DNA from: Octopus sinensis
Lineage: Eukaryota
DNA length: 64,000 nucleotides
Assembly (NCBI RefSeq): GCF_006345805.1
Contig: NC_043024.1
Coordinates: forward strand, 12,896,001 to 12,960,000
Reading direction: 5' to 3'
The notes beneath the pieces were generated by a model. That model was not told the DNA's origin. It ran no database searches and worked only from the letters and a program-made list of their open reading frames with translations. Shown piece after piece: positions 27,116 through 41,244 of this stretch. The translations under genes were made by a program, and so were the position numbers. Each line of letters starts with the position of its first letter. Position 1 is the first letter of the stretch.

Positions 27116-28304
27116 ATTCTAATCATTAGAAACAACCGCAACACAGGTTCAGAATTCTATAGAATCAGGATTGAGCAGCGACGGAAAGAAAACAAGAACA
27201 TTCTGAATCCTCTGTAGCAAATTAGGATATACTGGATAATGGTGTCCTGTAGGATAATGACGGCACATTAGATGCATCAAAATACAAAATAGTTGTGGCT
27301 TGAGCAATCTTGCTCAAATGTATCCTGGCTCAGTCCTGATCTATGGTTAAAAGTCAGCACTGTATTTCTTCCGTACGTTGTTTTCCTGAACAATGGCTCC
27401 GTTAAACGCCTCAGATCAATGTCTATCATACCAACAGAAAATTGCTTTGTGTTCAGCATTCAGTACACTCTGGTTCCTAATTCTCTTCCATTTTATTAAT
27501 TTCTCTGAGCTTATTTTATTTTGCATTGCTAAAATGTGTTATGGAAAGCCATTAGAATTGAAGTTGGAAATAAAAGAAGTGAAGATAAAAGCAAAGCAAA
27601 ACAGAATCCAGTAAAAGACATTTGCTCATTTCCATTCTTGATATTCTTTTGACGAAGAGATTTTAACTCTGAAATATTGAAATATAAAGTAAAACGTATA
27701 AACTCCTGTTTTCCTTTCGTTTTCAGTGTTACTTCTTTAATTCCACCATTGTATAAGCTTCCTAAAACAGATTTAACAATTTTAATTCTATTACCGCCAT
27801 GCTCCATTTTCTCTTGATAACGGGGTTTTAACCCCGAAATAATTAAATATAAGGTAAAAGTGCATTGTGTAGCTTTCTTTTGTTTCGCCTGTTTTCACAC
27901 CTTTATTTCGAACGAGCATTGTGTTCGATTTCTAAACAACTTTAACAATTAAACTATCTCTCAAGGCTTCCTATAAACTATGCAACTCTATTATTTTTAA
28001 CTGTTTTTGCAATCATGTCAGACAACTGAGTTATTATTTGCTCTCTGTTAACGTACCGAACAATGCAGTCGATTCTACGACTATAAATATTCATTGCTTC
28101 TCCAGTGTAAACGTTCTCACCTTATCGAAGCACATAAAAGTGAAACGAACCAGAAATAGCAGCCAAAGTCATACCTTGGCGTCGTACAAAAATGTCATGA
28201 TTATGTTTGAAACGGTTTTGATTATAGGTTTGCTCAGTCAGGTATTACCTAGGACTAAACAACAACTTAAGCAACTACAACACATGGGAAATGAAGGGTC
28301 CCTG

Positions 28305-28960
28305 TAAGGGATCGCTCGATTTTTAAAGAGTTGTTGCGAAATCTTTCTTGGGAGCTACCTCACTCTCTTAAAATTGTGAAGGACACAAGGGATAATGCAC
28401 TCCCAGATACACAGCGCATTAAACAAAGAATAAGTTATTATTGCTGGAATATTATAGAACATAAGTCGGACTGTGATAACATGTGATTAAACCACAACAC
28501 TGACTGAGACTCACTCACTTCACACCCTGGAGACAATTTAGCTATGAATATAAATAAATAGACCAAGAAGGTTACGGTTGGAACAACTTTGATCAGAAAT
28601 TTGCTCATTCATGGTAGAACTGAGGTTTAACATCGCTAATAAAAACTGCAGCCAAGTATCCCGCAAATCCTATACTACAATCTCTAAAAACAGAAGGTCT
28701 CATTGGATCTTATAATTCTGAATTCATAAAGATGAGTTGGTCACTCTTGGATTGACTGACCTAAATTTACTCTGGCAGCACTAGTCTCGAATTAAACAAC
28801 AGTGAAAAACGATAGCCAGGAAATCCCTCTCAAACCACATCGTAAAATCTAAAAGCTGCAAGGAGACACCAGCCAACTATTTTTTGCTACGCAGGACGAG
28901 AGACACACAAGATTTTTAAATAATAGATTTACCTATTCAGTGCTGAGCAGGGTTTCAACT
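28305..28960. repeat. Clustered degenerate copies of unclassified repeat family E
   Basis: Recurrent gcagccaa..ccctcaaa..cac..aaaa..gaaggacac..ggataat motif, also near 6640-7110, 33680-33960, 41595-41990 and 43640-43900. Confidence 0.55.
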
Positions 28961-29064
28961 ATAACAACAGTATGATAGGTCTTATAATTCGGTTATGTGG
29001 CTTCAGTGGCTCTTTGTCTTTTGCGACATGCATCAGAGAAAAGTAACTGGACTCTAACGATTCA

Positions 29065-29640
29065 TTTTTTATCTTTTACATGTTTTGCTCATTGGACAGC
29101 AGCCAGCTGGAGAACTGCCTTGAAGGATTTAATCGAACAAAGACACCACTACATATTTTGAAATCTGATACTTATTCTATCGGCCTCATTTGGCGAACCA
29201 CTATGTTACAGAGACTTAAACCAACATCGGTTGGCGAGAGTTGGTGGGGACAAAAACATACACAGCAACACGTAATCCTCAAACACACACAGGAATATAA
29301 TTACAAGGTAGGTACTGAAAAGATCCTGCTTTTAAGAGTTTCGCGAAAGACCTGGATGAAGGCCCAACCCAGTGTTTAGAAGAACCGCTGCAAAAAGATT
29401 ATGAATCTGAGAGGAGAATATCTCGAATAAAACCATAATTAACTGAGCCTCCTGTATTTTCTTTTCCTAAATCCAGGAACTTTTCAGCACCCCTCATATT
29501 CCCCCACCACACATATTTATTTAGGAATATACTCCGCAAAATTTATGTCTACAAAACTCACTCGGAAGGCGTTAGACTGCACAGAGCAAGAGTAGAAAAT
29601 TTTCAAGATGCTACCCAGTAGGACTGTACACGTGACCACG
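29065..29640 (-). mobile_element. Old SINE family A interrupted by a mariner MITE
   Basis: Family A 3' part at 29065-29260 and 5' part at ~29530-29640. Confidence 0.55.
29304..29496 (+). mobile_element. Mariner-derived MITE
   Basis: TA-flanked; right TIR AACTTTTCAGCACCCCTCA; NLRGEYLE* terminus; homologous to 16708-16922. Confidence 0.72.
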
Positions 29641-29769
29641 TTGTCGCTTCGTTTTGAGAGTAGGAAATCGGTTCAAAAGTAGAAAATATATACTTGCCGT
29701 ACATCCATGTTGGTGTTTATATCATCTCAACAAAAAGCTGAATGCTTTGTTGTCATAAAGGCTTGTAAT

Positions 29770-30050
29770 ATTCTTTTCTATTCCAGGCACAACGCCTGAA
29801 ATTTTGGGGGAGAGGCCAGTCGATTAGATAGACACCTGTACACAACCTGTACTTAACTTATCGACCCATCAATCTCAGGGAATGGTGTTAGTCGTTTACA
29901 GCAACCCCAGTGATCAACTGGTACTTATTTCATCGACCCCCGCAAAGATGACTCGACCTCAGTGAAATTTGAACCCAGACCGTAAAGACGGACGAAATGC
30001 CGCTAATCATTTCGCCTGGCACTGTAGCCATTCTACCAGGTCGCCACCTT
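29770..30050 (-). mobile_element. Two adjacent SINE family B copies
   Basis: Family B motifs repeated. Confidence 0.75.
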
Positions 30051-30299
30051 AACTTACGACAAATATTGGACAGTCCGTACATTCATCATTTCAATGAGAC
30101 ATGCAATAGAACAAACATTTTCTTAGATACGCAATGTCGTTCTTGAATGAAAATCACGGAATAATTAATTAGTCTGAAAACGGTGATTGTCCACCTTCTA
30201 TAGAATATATTTACATAGGAATTAGGTTTCATTAAGATACCTTGATTTTGGTTGAACTTTGATATATAATCTGAAACCGCGATTCGCACGATAATAGAT

Positions 30300-30756
30300 T
30301 ATATAAATACATATATATATATTAAATATATATATATATATAAATATATATATATATATTATTACTATATATATATATATATATAATTATATATATTATA
30401 TATAAATATATATATATATATAATAGATATATTATAATAAATATATATATATATAATAATATATAAATATATATATAGATATATAATATATTAAATATAA
30501 TATAATATATAAATATATATATATATCGCTATATACATATATATATATATAATAATATAATAATATATATATATAATTATATATATAGTATATATATATA
30601 AACCTATATATATATATATATATAAATATTATATAAATATATATATATATATATATATAAATATATATATATATGTTATAAATAGATATATATATATTAT
30701 AATATATATATATATATATGATATATATAAATATATATATATAGAATATATATATT

Positions 30757-30809
<53 letters not shown>

Positions 30810-30859
30810 ATATATATAATATAAATATATATTATATATATAGATATAATATAAATATT

Positions 30860-30896
<37 letters not shown>

Positions 30897-30976
30897 AATA
30901 TTATATATATATAAAATATATCATATATATATATATATAAATAGAATATATATATAATATTATATATATATTATAT

Positions 30977-31025
<49 letters not shown>

Positions 31026-31226
31026 ATTATATATATAAATATATAATATATATATAATATATATATAATATATATATTATATAAATTATATATATATATA
31101 AATACTAATATATATATATATAAATATATATATAGAATATATATTATATATAATATTTATACTAATATATATAAATACAAATATATTATATATATATAAA
31201 TATATATATATATATAAATTAAATAT

Positions 31227-31277
<51 letters not shown>

Positions 31278-31390
31278 AATATATATAAATATATATATAG
31301 ATAAATATATATAATATATATATATATATAATATATAGATATATATAAATATATAATATATATAAATATATACTATATATAAATATATAT

Positions 31391-31422
<32 letters not shown>

Positions 31423-31594
31423 AATATATAATATATATAATATATATATATAAAATATTAAATAATATATATATAATATAAATATATATATATAAATATA
31501 ATATATATATATAATATAAATATATATATAAATATATATATATAATATATATATATATCTATATATATATAACTATATCATATATATATATATA

Positions 31595-31629
<35 letters not shown>

Positions 31630-31690
31630 TTATATATATATATATATATAAATATATATTATATATAAATATATAATTAAATATATATAT
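30300..31690. repeat. ~1.4-kb degenerate (TA)n tract
   Basis: Almost exclusively A/T. Confidence 0.98.
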
Positions 31691-31696
31691 ACGTTC

Positions 31697-31786
31697 TATC
31701 TCTAATTAATATGTATGTATGTTATATATATATATATATATATATACATATGGAGGATCTGTCTCTTAATTCTATGTATGTATGTG

Positions 31787-31830
<44 letters not shown>

Positions 31831-31854
31831 GGAGGATCTGTCTCTTAATTCTTG

Positions 31855-31893
<39 letters not shown>

Positions 31894-31959
31894 CATACAT
31901 ATATATATTAATAATATACATACATATGGAGGATCTGTCTCTTATTCTATGTATGTATG

Positions 31960-31965
<6 letters not shown>
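31697..31965. repeat. Minisatellite: CATATGGAGGATCTGTCTCTTAATTC units separated by (TA)n
   Basis: Three complete copies at ~31748, 31826 and 31923. Confidence 0.9.
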
Positions 31966-32001
<36 letters not shown>

Positions 32002-33296
32002 GCATGTATGTATATATGTAAGTATATATATATATATACATCTGTCTCTCTATATATGTATATAGGTATGTAAATATATATTTATGTGTATCGATGTATG
32101 TATGTAGTCGAAAAAATTTTCAGGTGGAAGGAATCAATTGTTTCCATCAACCAATCGCGACATGGAAACATGTCTTCGTCTTCATATCCATGCAGGAAAA
32201 TATAATTTGAATAAATAAATATTTATACACGACAACAATAGCAACAAACATCTATGAAAACAAAGCAAAAATCAAACAGAAAAGCAAAGAATTTGAAAAG
32301 CAATTAAGAAACAAAAGAAAGAAAAAAGCAGAATGTCAAAAACGGTAAAAGAGAAACCATGTTAAAAGAGAAGAAAAAAATGGAGTAACATATCAGAGAA
32401 AACAATAAGCAATATTCTGTTTTTAAAAAATGGCTATCTAATAGTTTCGTTAATCGAAAGAAAACCTGATAAAAATTGCTATCTCTTCGCATTATATTAG
32501 ATTGTAAGATTTTTTTTATTAAGTGATGGGCAGGGGTGGGAAGGAGACCTGCTTTATTTGTTTCTTTTATTGTTTTTTTTCCTGTACAAAGACTGCCACT
32601 TTCTCTTTTAATACAACCCAACTCCATTCCTCACAGCCCTCCGCCATATTTCCTTATTACCATCCAATCTTATTGAATGATACAAATTTACTATTAACGA
32701 GATTCCTAATGAATTCAAAATAGCATCTCAAATCTTTCTAGTACCGATCTCTGTCTTTTTTCTCTTATTTTACATTCATACATTTTCCCAATTTATTTTC
32801 AATGTTTTTTTTTATCTTATTCTTCTTTTATCATTTTTACTTTGTATTATTTTGTTTTTCGTCTTGTCTTTGTTCTTCTCATTGTTGTTCCTTCTTATAA
32901 AATTATTATATTCTACTTTAATTATGCAATTTTCTTCCAATTCTCTCTCTTTCTCTCTCACACTCAGACATTCATAAATACATATATATTCACATATTTA
33001 ATATATATTCACATACTTAAACACACACACACACTTGTTTGCCCAGCATGTCTCTCTCCCTGTGTCCCTCTCTCTCTCTGTTGCTCTCTTCCTCTCTTCC
33101 TTTTTTTCTGTTGTTTCGCTGCTCTAACTCTCTTTTCTTCTCTATTGATGTGTCGTTTAATCATATATCCCCCCCACACACACACATTCTTTCTCTTGCC
33201 GTTGTGTGTCTTACTCTGTTACGCTTAGTTTTTATTTCCCCCCTCGCTATCATTTGAGGTTGCTTTTATATATACATACATACATACATACATATA

Positions 33297-33346
<50 letters not shown>

Positions 33347-34154
33347 ACGTGTGTGTGTGTGGTGTGGTGTGTGAAGCTGTCATGGCTATATATTTCGGAA
33401 GAACATGCTAAAATCGATAATTAATCAAAGTCTTGATGAATAGAATATTCAAATAGTTTGAATCATTTTTGCATTTTGTTTATAATACAAACATTTTTTT
33501 TTTTTTGTTGTTGTTCCAGCTCTGAATTTAATATTTAGCTTCTTTGAATGCAGCTGGTGCACCATTAAGCTTATAAACTTTTGCAGCTGGTATTAATATT
33601 CAAGCTATGGTGCACATCTGCATCTGCCTGTTGTTGTTATTGTTGTTGTTGTCATTATTCTCGCTGTTGTTGTTGTTGTTGTATAACCTCAGGTGAATCC
33701 TGGTCGATCAAATCCGTGTTCAAATATTTGTTCCACCTGTGAGAAAACACATGTAGAGTGTAATGTTTTAGAATTTAAGACATCAGCATTGTGATCTGAG
33801 GGATATCTGGCTGCTATTTCTAGCAAAATACGATTCTAGGCATGATATTCCATGTTTGTAGAGCTTCGTGTATCTTGTATTGTACGATGCATTATTTTTT
33901 TACCTTAATTAAGAGACTGATGGGTGAGCTTGGAGGGCCAACTGGCTGCCATGTCTTACAGATTGATATGTACTATTGAAATTCATATCAAATAAACTGC
34001 ATATCGTATGTTATGTGAGAGTGTGTATGTGTTGGTGTTTGTCCTCCACAAGCCTTTGACGTCCCCGTAACTTAGCGTTCGGAAAAAGGAGCCCGATAGA
34101 ATAATGTCAAAACTTAGAAGTAAATAAGTACAGGGGGTCGATTCTTGGGGCAGT

Positions 34155-34330
34155 CTATCTATTCTGTGTATCTTTCTATCTATCTAACTATCTATCTATC
34201 TGACTGTCTATCTATCTATCTATCTCTCTGTCTATCTATCTGACTGTCTATCTATCTATCTATCTGACTATCTATCTATCTGTCTGTCTGTCTGTCTGTC
34301 TATCTATTTATCTATCTTCCTATCTGTCTG
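34155..34330. repeat. (TATC)n/(TGTC)n microsatellite
   Basis: Direct observation. Confidence 0.95.
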
Positions 34331-34696
34331 TCTTGGAAAAGATATGTTGGGTGTTTTATTACAATGTGTAGGGTATATATTGATGGATCTGTGTGTGAGG
34401 GTGATGCCATCCGAGTTTAAGATTTGTCAAGAATAACGTTTCTAGTGTGGTACTGTTGCTGCAGCATGGCACAGTCAACAATACCATTACAACAGTGTGA
34501 TATTAAAACATACATACTGTTACAGCAAGACAAGCACAATTTATGTCACAAACAAAAGCCAATTAAAAAAAAATTGGCCCTACACCCAGTATTGAGTCCT
34601 TTCATGAAAAAACTGTTGTTATCTGTGAATCAAACGACCGTCACACTCTATATGCGTGTGTGTGTGTGAGCGCGCGTATGTGCATGTATGGTTGTA

Positions 34697-34728
<32 letters not shown>

Positions 34729-35122
34729 TGTGTGAGTGTGTGTGCATATATCTAAGGAAGGGTTTTCCTGTAAAGACGTAACAACAGAGGCTGGGTTCTT
34801 TTGAAGCTTATAAGTTTTTCATAATTCTTCTATGCTTGGAAAAATTGATCCTATTTTAACCCTTAAAAATCTCGAAATCGCGGATTCATCTAAATAATCT
34901 TGTGACGATATTTCTTCAGTGATATCCACACTCACACGGCAACCAAGCCCCCCCATCCACTCCCCATACACGCATACATCATATGTAAGCCAAAGCCGTC
35001 ATTGGTGAGCTGGATTTCGTAGAATGTAACATGATTTTGCTTCCTGTTTTGGGGATTTACATGGTAGTGAGCAGTTGTGACCCCTCCCACGACATGGGTG
35101 CATGTTTAGGATGTCACAGGGA

Positions 35123-35163
<41 letters not shown>

Positions 35164-35199
35164 AAGAAAGAAGGAATAGAAGAAAGAATGAACTGGAAT

Positions 35200-35330
35200 G
35201 GTATTCATTTCCAGTTGACTGACTGGAGCAATTTGAACTAAAGTGTTGCTGAAAGAAACGTCCAGTCCAAGAATCGAACAGGCGTCCTTACGCTTGTAAG
35301 CCCAACATTTTAACCACCGTGCGCCTTCAA
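35200..35330 (-). mobile_element. SINE family C 5' fragment
   Basis: gactggagcaa..aaagtg..aatcgaac..taaccac, reverse complement of the family C head. Confidence 0.55.
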
Positions 35331-35881
35331 TGGCACACGTACAAACACACCCACACTTTAACAGATATTACATTACAATGCATTGATTGCTCATTTTTAA
35401 CGCTCAGAGTTTTGCTGCTTCACTGAAGAGACCTAATAATAATGCTGCAGCAGGAATTGGAAAATAACTCTTGTTATAAAAATAAAAGTAGATTGCAACA
35501 GCGAGATCAGCTTTTGACGTTTCACCGAAATCATTCGCCTCTCAGCTGTCAACAACAGTCTTAACAGGTCAGGAAATAGCCATACGGCTCGTAAATTTTG
35601 TAGTGTTGTAAAAAAAAGCAAAAAGAAAAAATAACAGGATAAAAGCATAAAAATACAACCCCTCGAGGAATAAGAGAGCTAAAATAGGAGAGAGAGAGGG
35701 AGAGAGAGAGGTCTAGACAGACAGACACAGAAGGAAAGAGACAGGCAGACAGATGGGAATACTTTATTTTTATGTTGGGCGAGAAAGATGTGAATTGTAA
35801 CACCGGTAAGACTATATTGTTGAATAATAAAAGAAACAAAGAAAGAGAGGACGAAAGACACCGACAGTCAAACAGAGAACC

Positions 35882-36160
35882 ACACACAAGGACACACACA
35901 CTCACACACACACACAAGGCCACACACACACAAGGACACACACACACAAGGACACACACACAAGGACACACAAACACAAGGACACACACACACAAGGACA
36001 CACACACACAAGGACACACACACACACACACACAAAGACATACACACACACAAAGACACACACACACAAGGACACACACACACACACACACACAATCTCT
36101 CTCTCTCTCTCTCCGACATATAGACCCATACACATACATACAAAGACACACACACACACT
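35882..36160. repeat. (CA)n-AGGA compound repeat
   Basis: cacacacaagga units. Confidence 0.92.
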
Positions 36161-37649
36161 CAAACAAACAACTGATATATTTCTTACGCAGCCATTGCAT
36201 TATGAAGATTGTGGCCGAAACATTAAAGACATTTTCCGTTATCTAAGCAAACGGTTCTTGTCGTCAGACTCGCACTCAATTTTCTCTCATTTTTAACCAA
36301 TCATTATCAATCTATTCCATTACTCTTCGCCTACCTTGTCTCGTTCTCGCTCCCACGCTCTTCCATCATCTGTCACTCACCATATATCTCTTCATTAAAT
36401 ATTTCTTTCTCTTCATTGCTGCCTCCTCAATCTCTCAGTTTGTTTCCCTCTTTGCCATTCCACTTTCCCCCACGTCTCCCTCTCTTTCATGAGACAATGA
36501 TATACAAGGAAGTAGGCAGGGTATCAGTGCCAGGTCACCACAGTAAGACGGATTAATGGAGGAGATATGTAACTACATGTACTTTTATGCCGAAATATTT
36601 CAGATAACAGAAGAGAGTCGTATAACAACACGCTACGTTATACATCAACCGGTTTTAATATGATTTTTTCTCACATTTCAAATTGCTGTGTGTGTAGGAA
36701 TGGATTTTGTCTTTTATTTTATTATTCTTTTACACACTTCAGTTACTCAACTACGGCCATACTGTGAAACCAGAGGACGGGTCTTGTCAAGCAAAAACAG
36801 GTTTCGTTAGCGTTGTTTTATCCTTGTGTCTATATAGATAACGGAAGCTTAAGATTGGCTGAAATTGTAGAATTTTAAATGTGTTTTTTTAATAGTTTAC
36901 TATATATTTGTGGATAATATAAATTAGGTATGCATGAACAGCATCGTCAGCTATATCAATGTAGAAAATATGCAAATATTCTACTTGTTATTTCAGAAAA
37001 TTCTCGTAGTTAGAAAGAATGAAACAAGATCCGGTCTCACACATATTCTATTGTTTCTTTGCCGGGTTGTTAAGTTACAAGAACGCAGAAAAGCGTTGAG
37101 TGGTGTGGGGACAAATATAAGCATATACGAGCTTACACATGCATGGATACATGCATCCATCCAAATATCCGTCTATCCATACGTCCATACATACATACAT
37201 ACATCGATAGCTCAACTGATTCACCAACTCAAGCAGATATTCAGAATCACCGAGGTCTCTCTCAACTCAAAAAGCCATGTCGCTTTGGTAGTGACCGGTT
37301 TGAACTCTCTTCAGAAGAACTTAAACATAACCCAAAGAAAAAAAACATACATATATACAAATATACATATATATTTAGAATGGGCTTCGACATAGTTTCC
37401 CCTCCATCAAATGCACTCTGATCGTCCAGAACTCTTGTAGAAGATATTTGTTAAGGTGGCCAAGTGAACTTCTTAGTCTTTCATCCATACCCGCACACGT
37501 ACCCGTTAATACTTTTGCAAGCTTGTGTTAATGTGTTTACTTGTTTGTGTGTACGTGTATGCATGTGTGTATGTCGTCTTTGTGTACCTGTGTCGGATGT
37601 GCAAAATTTGAACTCAGAACCTGAAACCGAAACAGACGTTTGAGTAATG

Positions 37650-38180
37650 GATTCTAATTTAGGGTTCTAAGGCCGACAATTTTGGGTGGAAGGAGTTTCT
37701 CAATATCCATATTTTCAGTACTTGACTGATATTTTATTGAACTCTTGAGGGATGAAAGGCAAGATTAACTCAGGCGGAATTTGAAATCAGAATGAAAGAG
37801 TTGCAGGAACCAGCGCTATGCAAGGCACTTTGTCCGACGCCCGAATGTTTGTACCAGATTGATGCGCTGATAATAACGATAAGTCTTTCTAATTTTTGAC
37901 ACGAAATCGGCAATTTTGAGAGGCAGGGGGAGTCGATTATTTCGACTCCGATACTTATCATATGGAGCCCGAAATGATAAAGGGCAAATTCGACCGCATT
38001 GGGGTTCGAACTCAAAAAGTAAAATCGGAAAAACGCTGCTAAGCATTTGTTCAGTGTGCTAGCGATTCAGACAGTTAGCCACATTCCTCATAAGAATAAT
38101 AATTCCATCATAGGCATCAGGGATAACCAATTACATGGAGCCCAGAGCTCAAACGGTACTAAACCTATAGACCCCAAAAT
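37650..38180 (-). mobile_element. Cluster of degenerate SINE family B copies
   Basis: At least two family B cores. Confidence 0.7.
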
Positions 38181-38319
38181 GTAAAATGATAGAGAACCGC
38201 TCGAGAACTCGAACTCGGCCAGTCGACTGTTAGAAAATGGAATGCATCATTGCAGAGGAGAGTTAACAACAGGAGCAGAAAGAGTAACAGATATACAGAT
38301 CTGAAGAACTATTTTTTGA

Positions 38320-39330
38320 GGTGAATAATCACTCCCAAATCTTATTTGTATTCGCACTGGTATTTTTGTCCAGGAGACCAAATAAAGCTACTCAATAGAA
38401 ATTAATTGTCTATTTATAGATGAATCTCTATGGTAAAGATTGCAAATAGCTATACACCTTAGTGGAAACAGTAAAACATTTGCATAAGATCATTAGGACG
38501 ACTTCTGGAATTGAGAAATGTGCTATGGTAGAGTGTAAACAAGGAATACGAGTAAAAAGAGTATTGGAGTAAATCTAGTTGATAGTAGCAGAGAAAAGAG
38601 TATAGGAATATGCGTTGTAACGGCGCGTCACTGTATTCACAATTTGCTTGTAATTCCTTACAAATGGCGGATGACACATTTGTACCACTCAACCGACAAC
38701 CCTCCAACTCATGGGTTTGCTTGTGGAGTCGTTGCTGATGGGAGTTTTATAAGATCGGAGAACAAATCCTACCTCAGTCACTTTTAGTCACCTTTTACGA
38801 CAGCCAGAGGAAGCGTTTGCGTCTTTTCTTTGACATCCAGTCCCACAGAGCACAATAGCAAAGTACCAGATAATGTAGAATGTAAAACATTTTAGACGTG
38901 TGAGTGTAAAAATCGGCAAAATCGAAATTCTAAAACAGAAAGAATCCTTAAGAAAAAAAATAATTTGCAGAGCCAAGATATTAAAACAAGATTACATAAA
39001 GAAATCATCAAACAAACAATCATTATGAAAGCAGTAACCCTAAAGATGAACGCAGCAAGAATTATTGAAATGATGAAGAATGAGGTAACGAAAATCGACA
39101 GAAAAACGAGGAGCATCTAAAAAATGTGATGTGGCTGAGATAAGGTAAGAGAGATGAGCAAGGAACAGGTTTAATGGATGTCAAAGAGATTGTAGCATTA
39201 TAGATAGGTTTAGGTGTCTCTCTAGGAGAAGAAGAAATAATCCTTAAAGACGTATTAAGTGAAGGATTATTTACCGAATGTGTAGGAAGCAAAGGAAGAA
39301 AACGGGAAGTTAATATGTATGCATCAACAT
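38320..39330 (+). pseudogene. R4/Dong-like (RLE-type) non-LTR RT relic, interrupted
   Basis: GIEKCAMVECKQG and KIDRKTR..RDEQGTGLMDVKE resemble FGLEKCA and LDRKTRK..RxxGGRGL motifs; ~300-bp unrelated insert at ~38600-38890. Confidence 0.6.
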
Positions 39331-39432
39331 GCATGCATAGGTGAAAATAGATAGCTACCTCACTCTCTATTTTCTCTCTCTCTCACTCTGATATATATAT
39401 ATGTGTGTGTGTGTTTGAGTGTTTGTGTATGC

Positions 39433-39475
<43 letters not shown>

Positions 39476-39557
39476 AATATAGACACATATATACGTATAT
39501 ATATATATTTGTGTGTGTATATATATACATATCTACACACATATATATATACATACA

Positions 39558-40005
39558 TAATAATAATAATAATGTTCGTCCTTCGGTTCGAAGATGACCA
39601 ACTGATGGAACTGCCGCCATGAGACCTTCTTTCTTTGTTTCGACCGCTTGGAAAGGATCCCCGCCAGCCGCGGTTTGCTGACCAGGGTGAGGTGAGGCAG
39701 GCTATGTTTAGGGCAACCTTTTCTAGCCCCGTCCTCATGCTGGGGAGGCGAGCAGAGCGATCCTGAAGAGGGCTGCTCGGTCACTCAGGAGGATGCCGGA
39801 CTCCACTGCTGCCTCAGTTCAGTGAGGGGCGACCACATGTCCTGAGCCGCCTGTGTGTGGGTTCATGACTGCAGCTCCCAGTGTATCCTCACCTGCCACT
39901 TCGCCGTTTCCCCATCGCCACAGGACTTTGGGATGGTGTCATGGCGTCATGATGTCGTGACATGCGCGTGACTTGGATTATAGTGAGGGTGACTTGCGCA
40001 GGATC
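39558..40005 (-). mobile_element. Internally deleted non-autonomous RTE element
   Basis: GC-rich RTE-like 5' region joined to the RTE 3' end TGGTCATCTTCGAACCGAAGGACGAAC plus an (ATT)n tail; inserted in a TA/CA tract. Confidence 0.7.
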
Positions 40006-40474
40006 ATACATACATATATATATACACACACACACAAATATATATATATATACACATACATATATACATACATATATATATACATACGTATATACACATA
40101 CATATATATATATACACACACGTATATACATGCATAAATACATATATACATACATATATATGCACACATTATATGTGCATCCTTATGCGCGTATGTGTAT
40201 ATATCGAAAGATATATACCCATACATGCATATGTATGTGTATATATCAATAAATCAATGTATAAACATATATCTATATATGACTAGCGTCTCTGTATAAG
40301 GGCTGAATGAGACTGTTTTAAATATATATACACACACACATACATATATATATATGTACATACACATTGATATATATATATATACATACACATTGATATA
40401 TATATATATACATACACATTGATATATATATATATATACATACACATTGATATATTATATATATACATACACAT

Positions 40475-40508
<34 letters not shown>

Positions 40509-40855
40509 TTATATAAATATATATATATATATAATATATACATTTATATATATATAATATATAAATATATATATATAATTGTGTGTGTGCATGTGTGTAT
40601 TTCTTTGCTGTTTTGTGTGTATGAGTCTTTGCCTCTGTGTGTATGTGTGTCTCTGTATGTATATAGAAAAGTACACAGACACAAACAAAATTGTAGCAGA
40701 GCTTGATAAATATATAGATTGATAGATATTTAGATAAATAAATGAGTTACTGTTTAAGTTTCGGTTAAAATAAAACACAAGATGAGCGAATTATGGGAAA
40801 AGAGGGTTTTATTTTTGTTTTGACTGGTAATTTTATGGCTGACTTAACTTAATTA

Positions 40856-40869
40856 GTTGTCATGGCAAC
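40856..40869. promoter_or_regulatory. RFX X-box-like palindrome in a homeodomain-site cluster
   Basis: GTTGTCATGGCAAC, with nearby TTTTATGG, TTAATTAG and TGATTGAT. Confidence 0.35.
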
Positions 40870-41244
40870 TGAGAGAGGTGAAAACTGATTGATGATTTGA
40901 TGTACTTCTGACTCTGCCTCCGTCGAACTCGGCGTTGGTCTATCTGTTGCTAATATTCTCTCCTTCTTCTGTCTGTCTGTCTCTTTCTCTCTTCTTCTTT
41001 CCTCCTCACGTCTGTCTCTGTTCATAACATAAACTGTTTCTTCCTCTTCTCTCCTTCTCTTCTTTCTCTTTTTTCTTTCTTCTCTCGTCTCCTTGTCATC
41101 CTGTTTTCGCTTCTTCTCCTCTCTTCCTCATGTCTGCCTCTCTCTCTTTCTCATTCTTTGTTTCTCCTTTTCTCTCCTTCTCTCCTTTTGACAATCTCTC
41201 TCTCCTTGTCTCTCTCTCACTGTCTGTCTGTCTGTCTCTCTCCC

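Noticed and set aside
27140-27530. Possible GIY-YIG-like CxSxN motif on the minus strand
   Set aside because: Too degenerate to support by eye
31697-31965. CRISPR-like repeat-spacer pattern
   Set aside because: Spacers are (TA)n, the context is eukaryotic and there are no cas genes
35420-35445. CTGAAGAGACC core-like motif
   Set aside because: No closing GGTC-GAAA half
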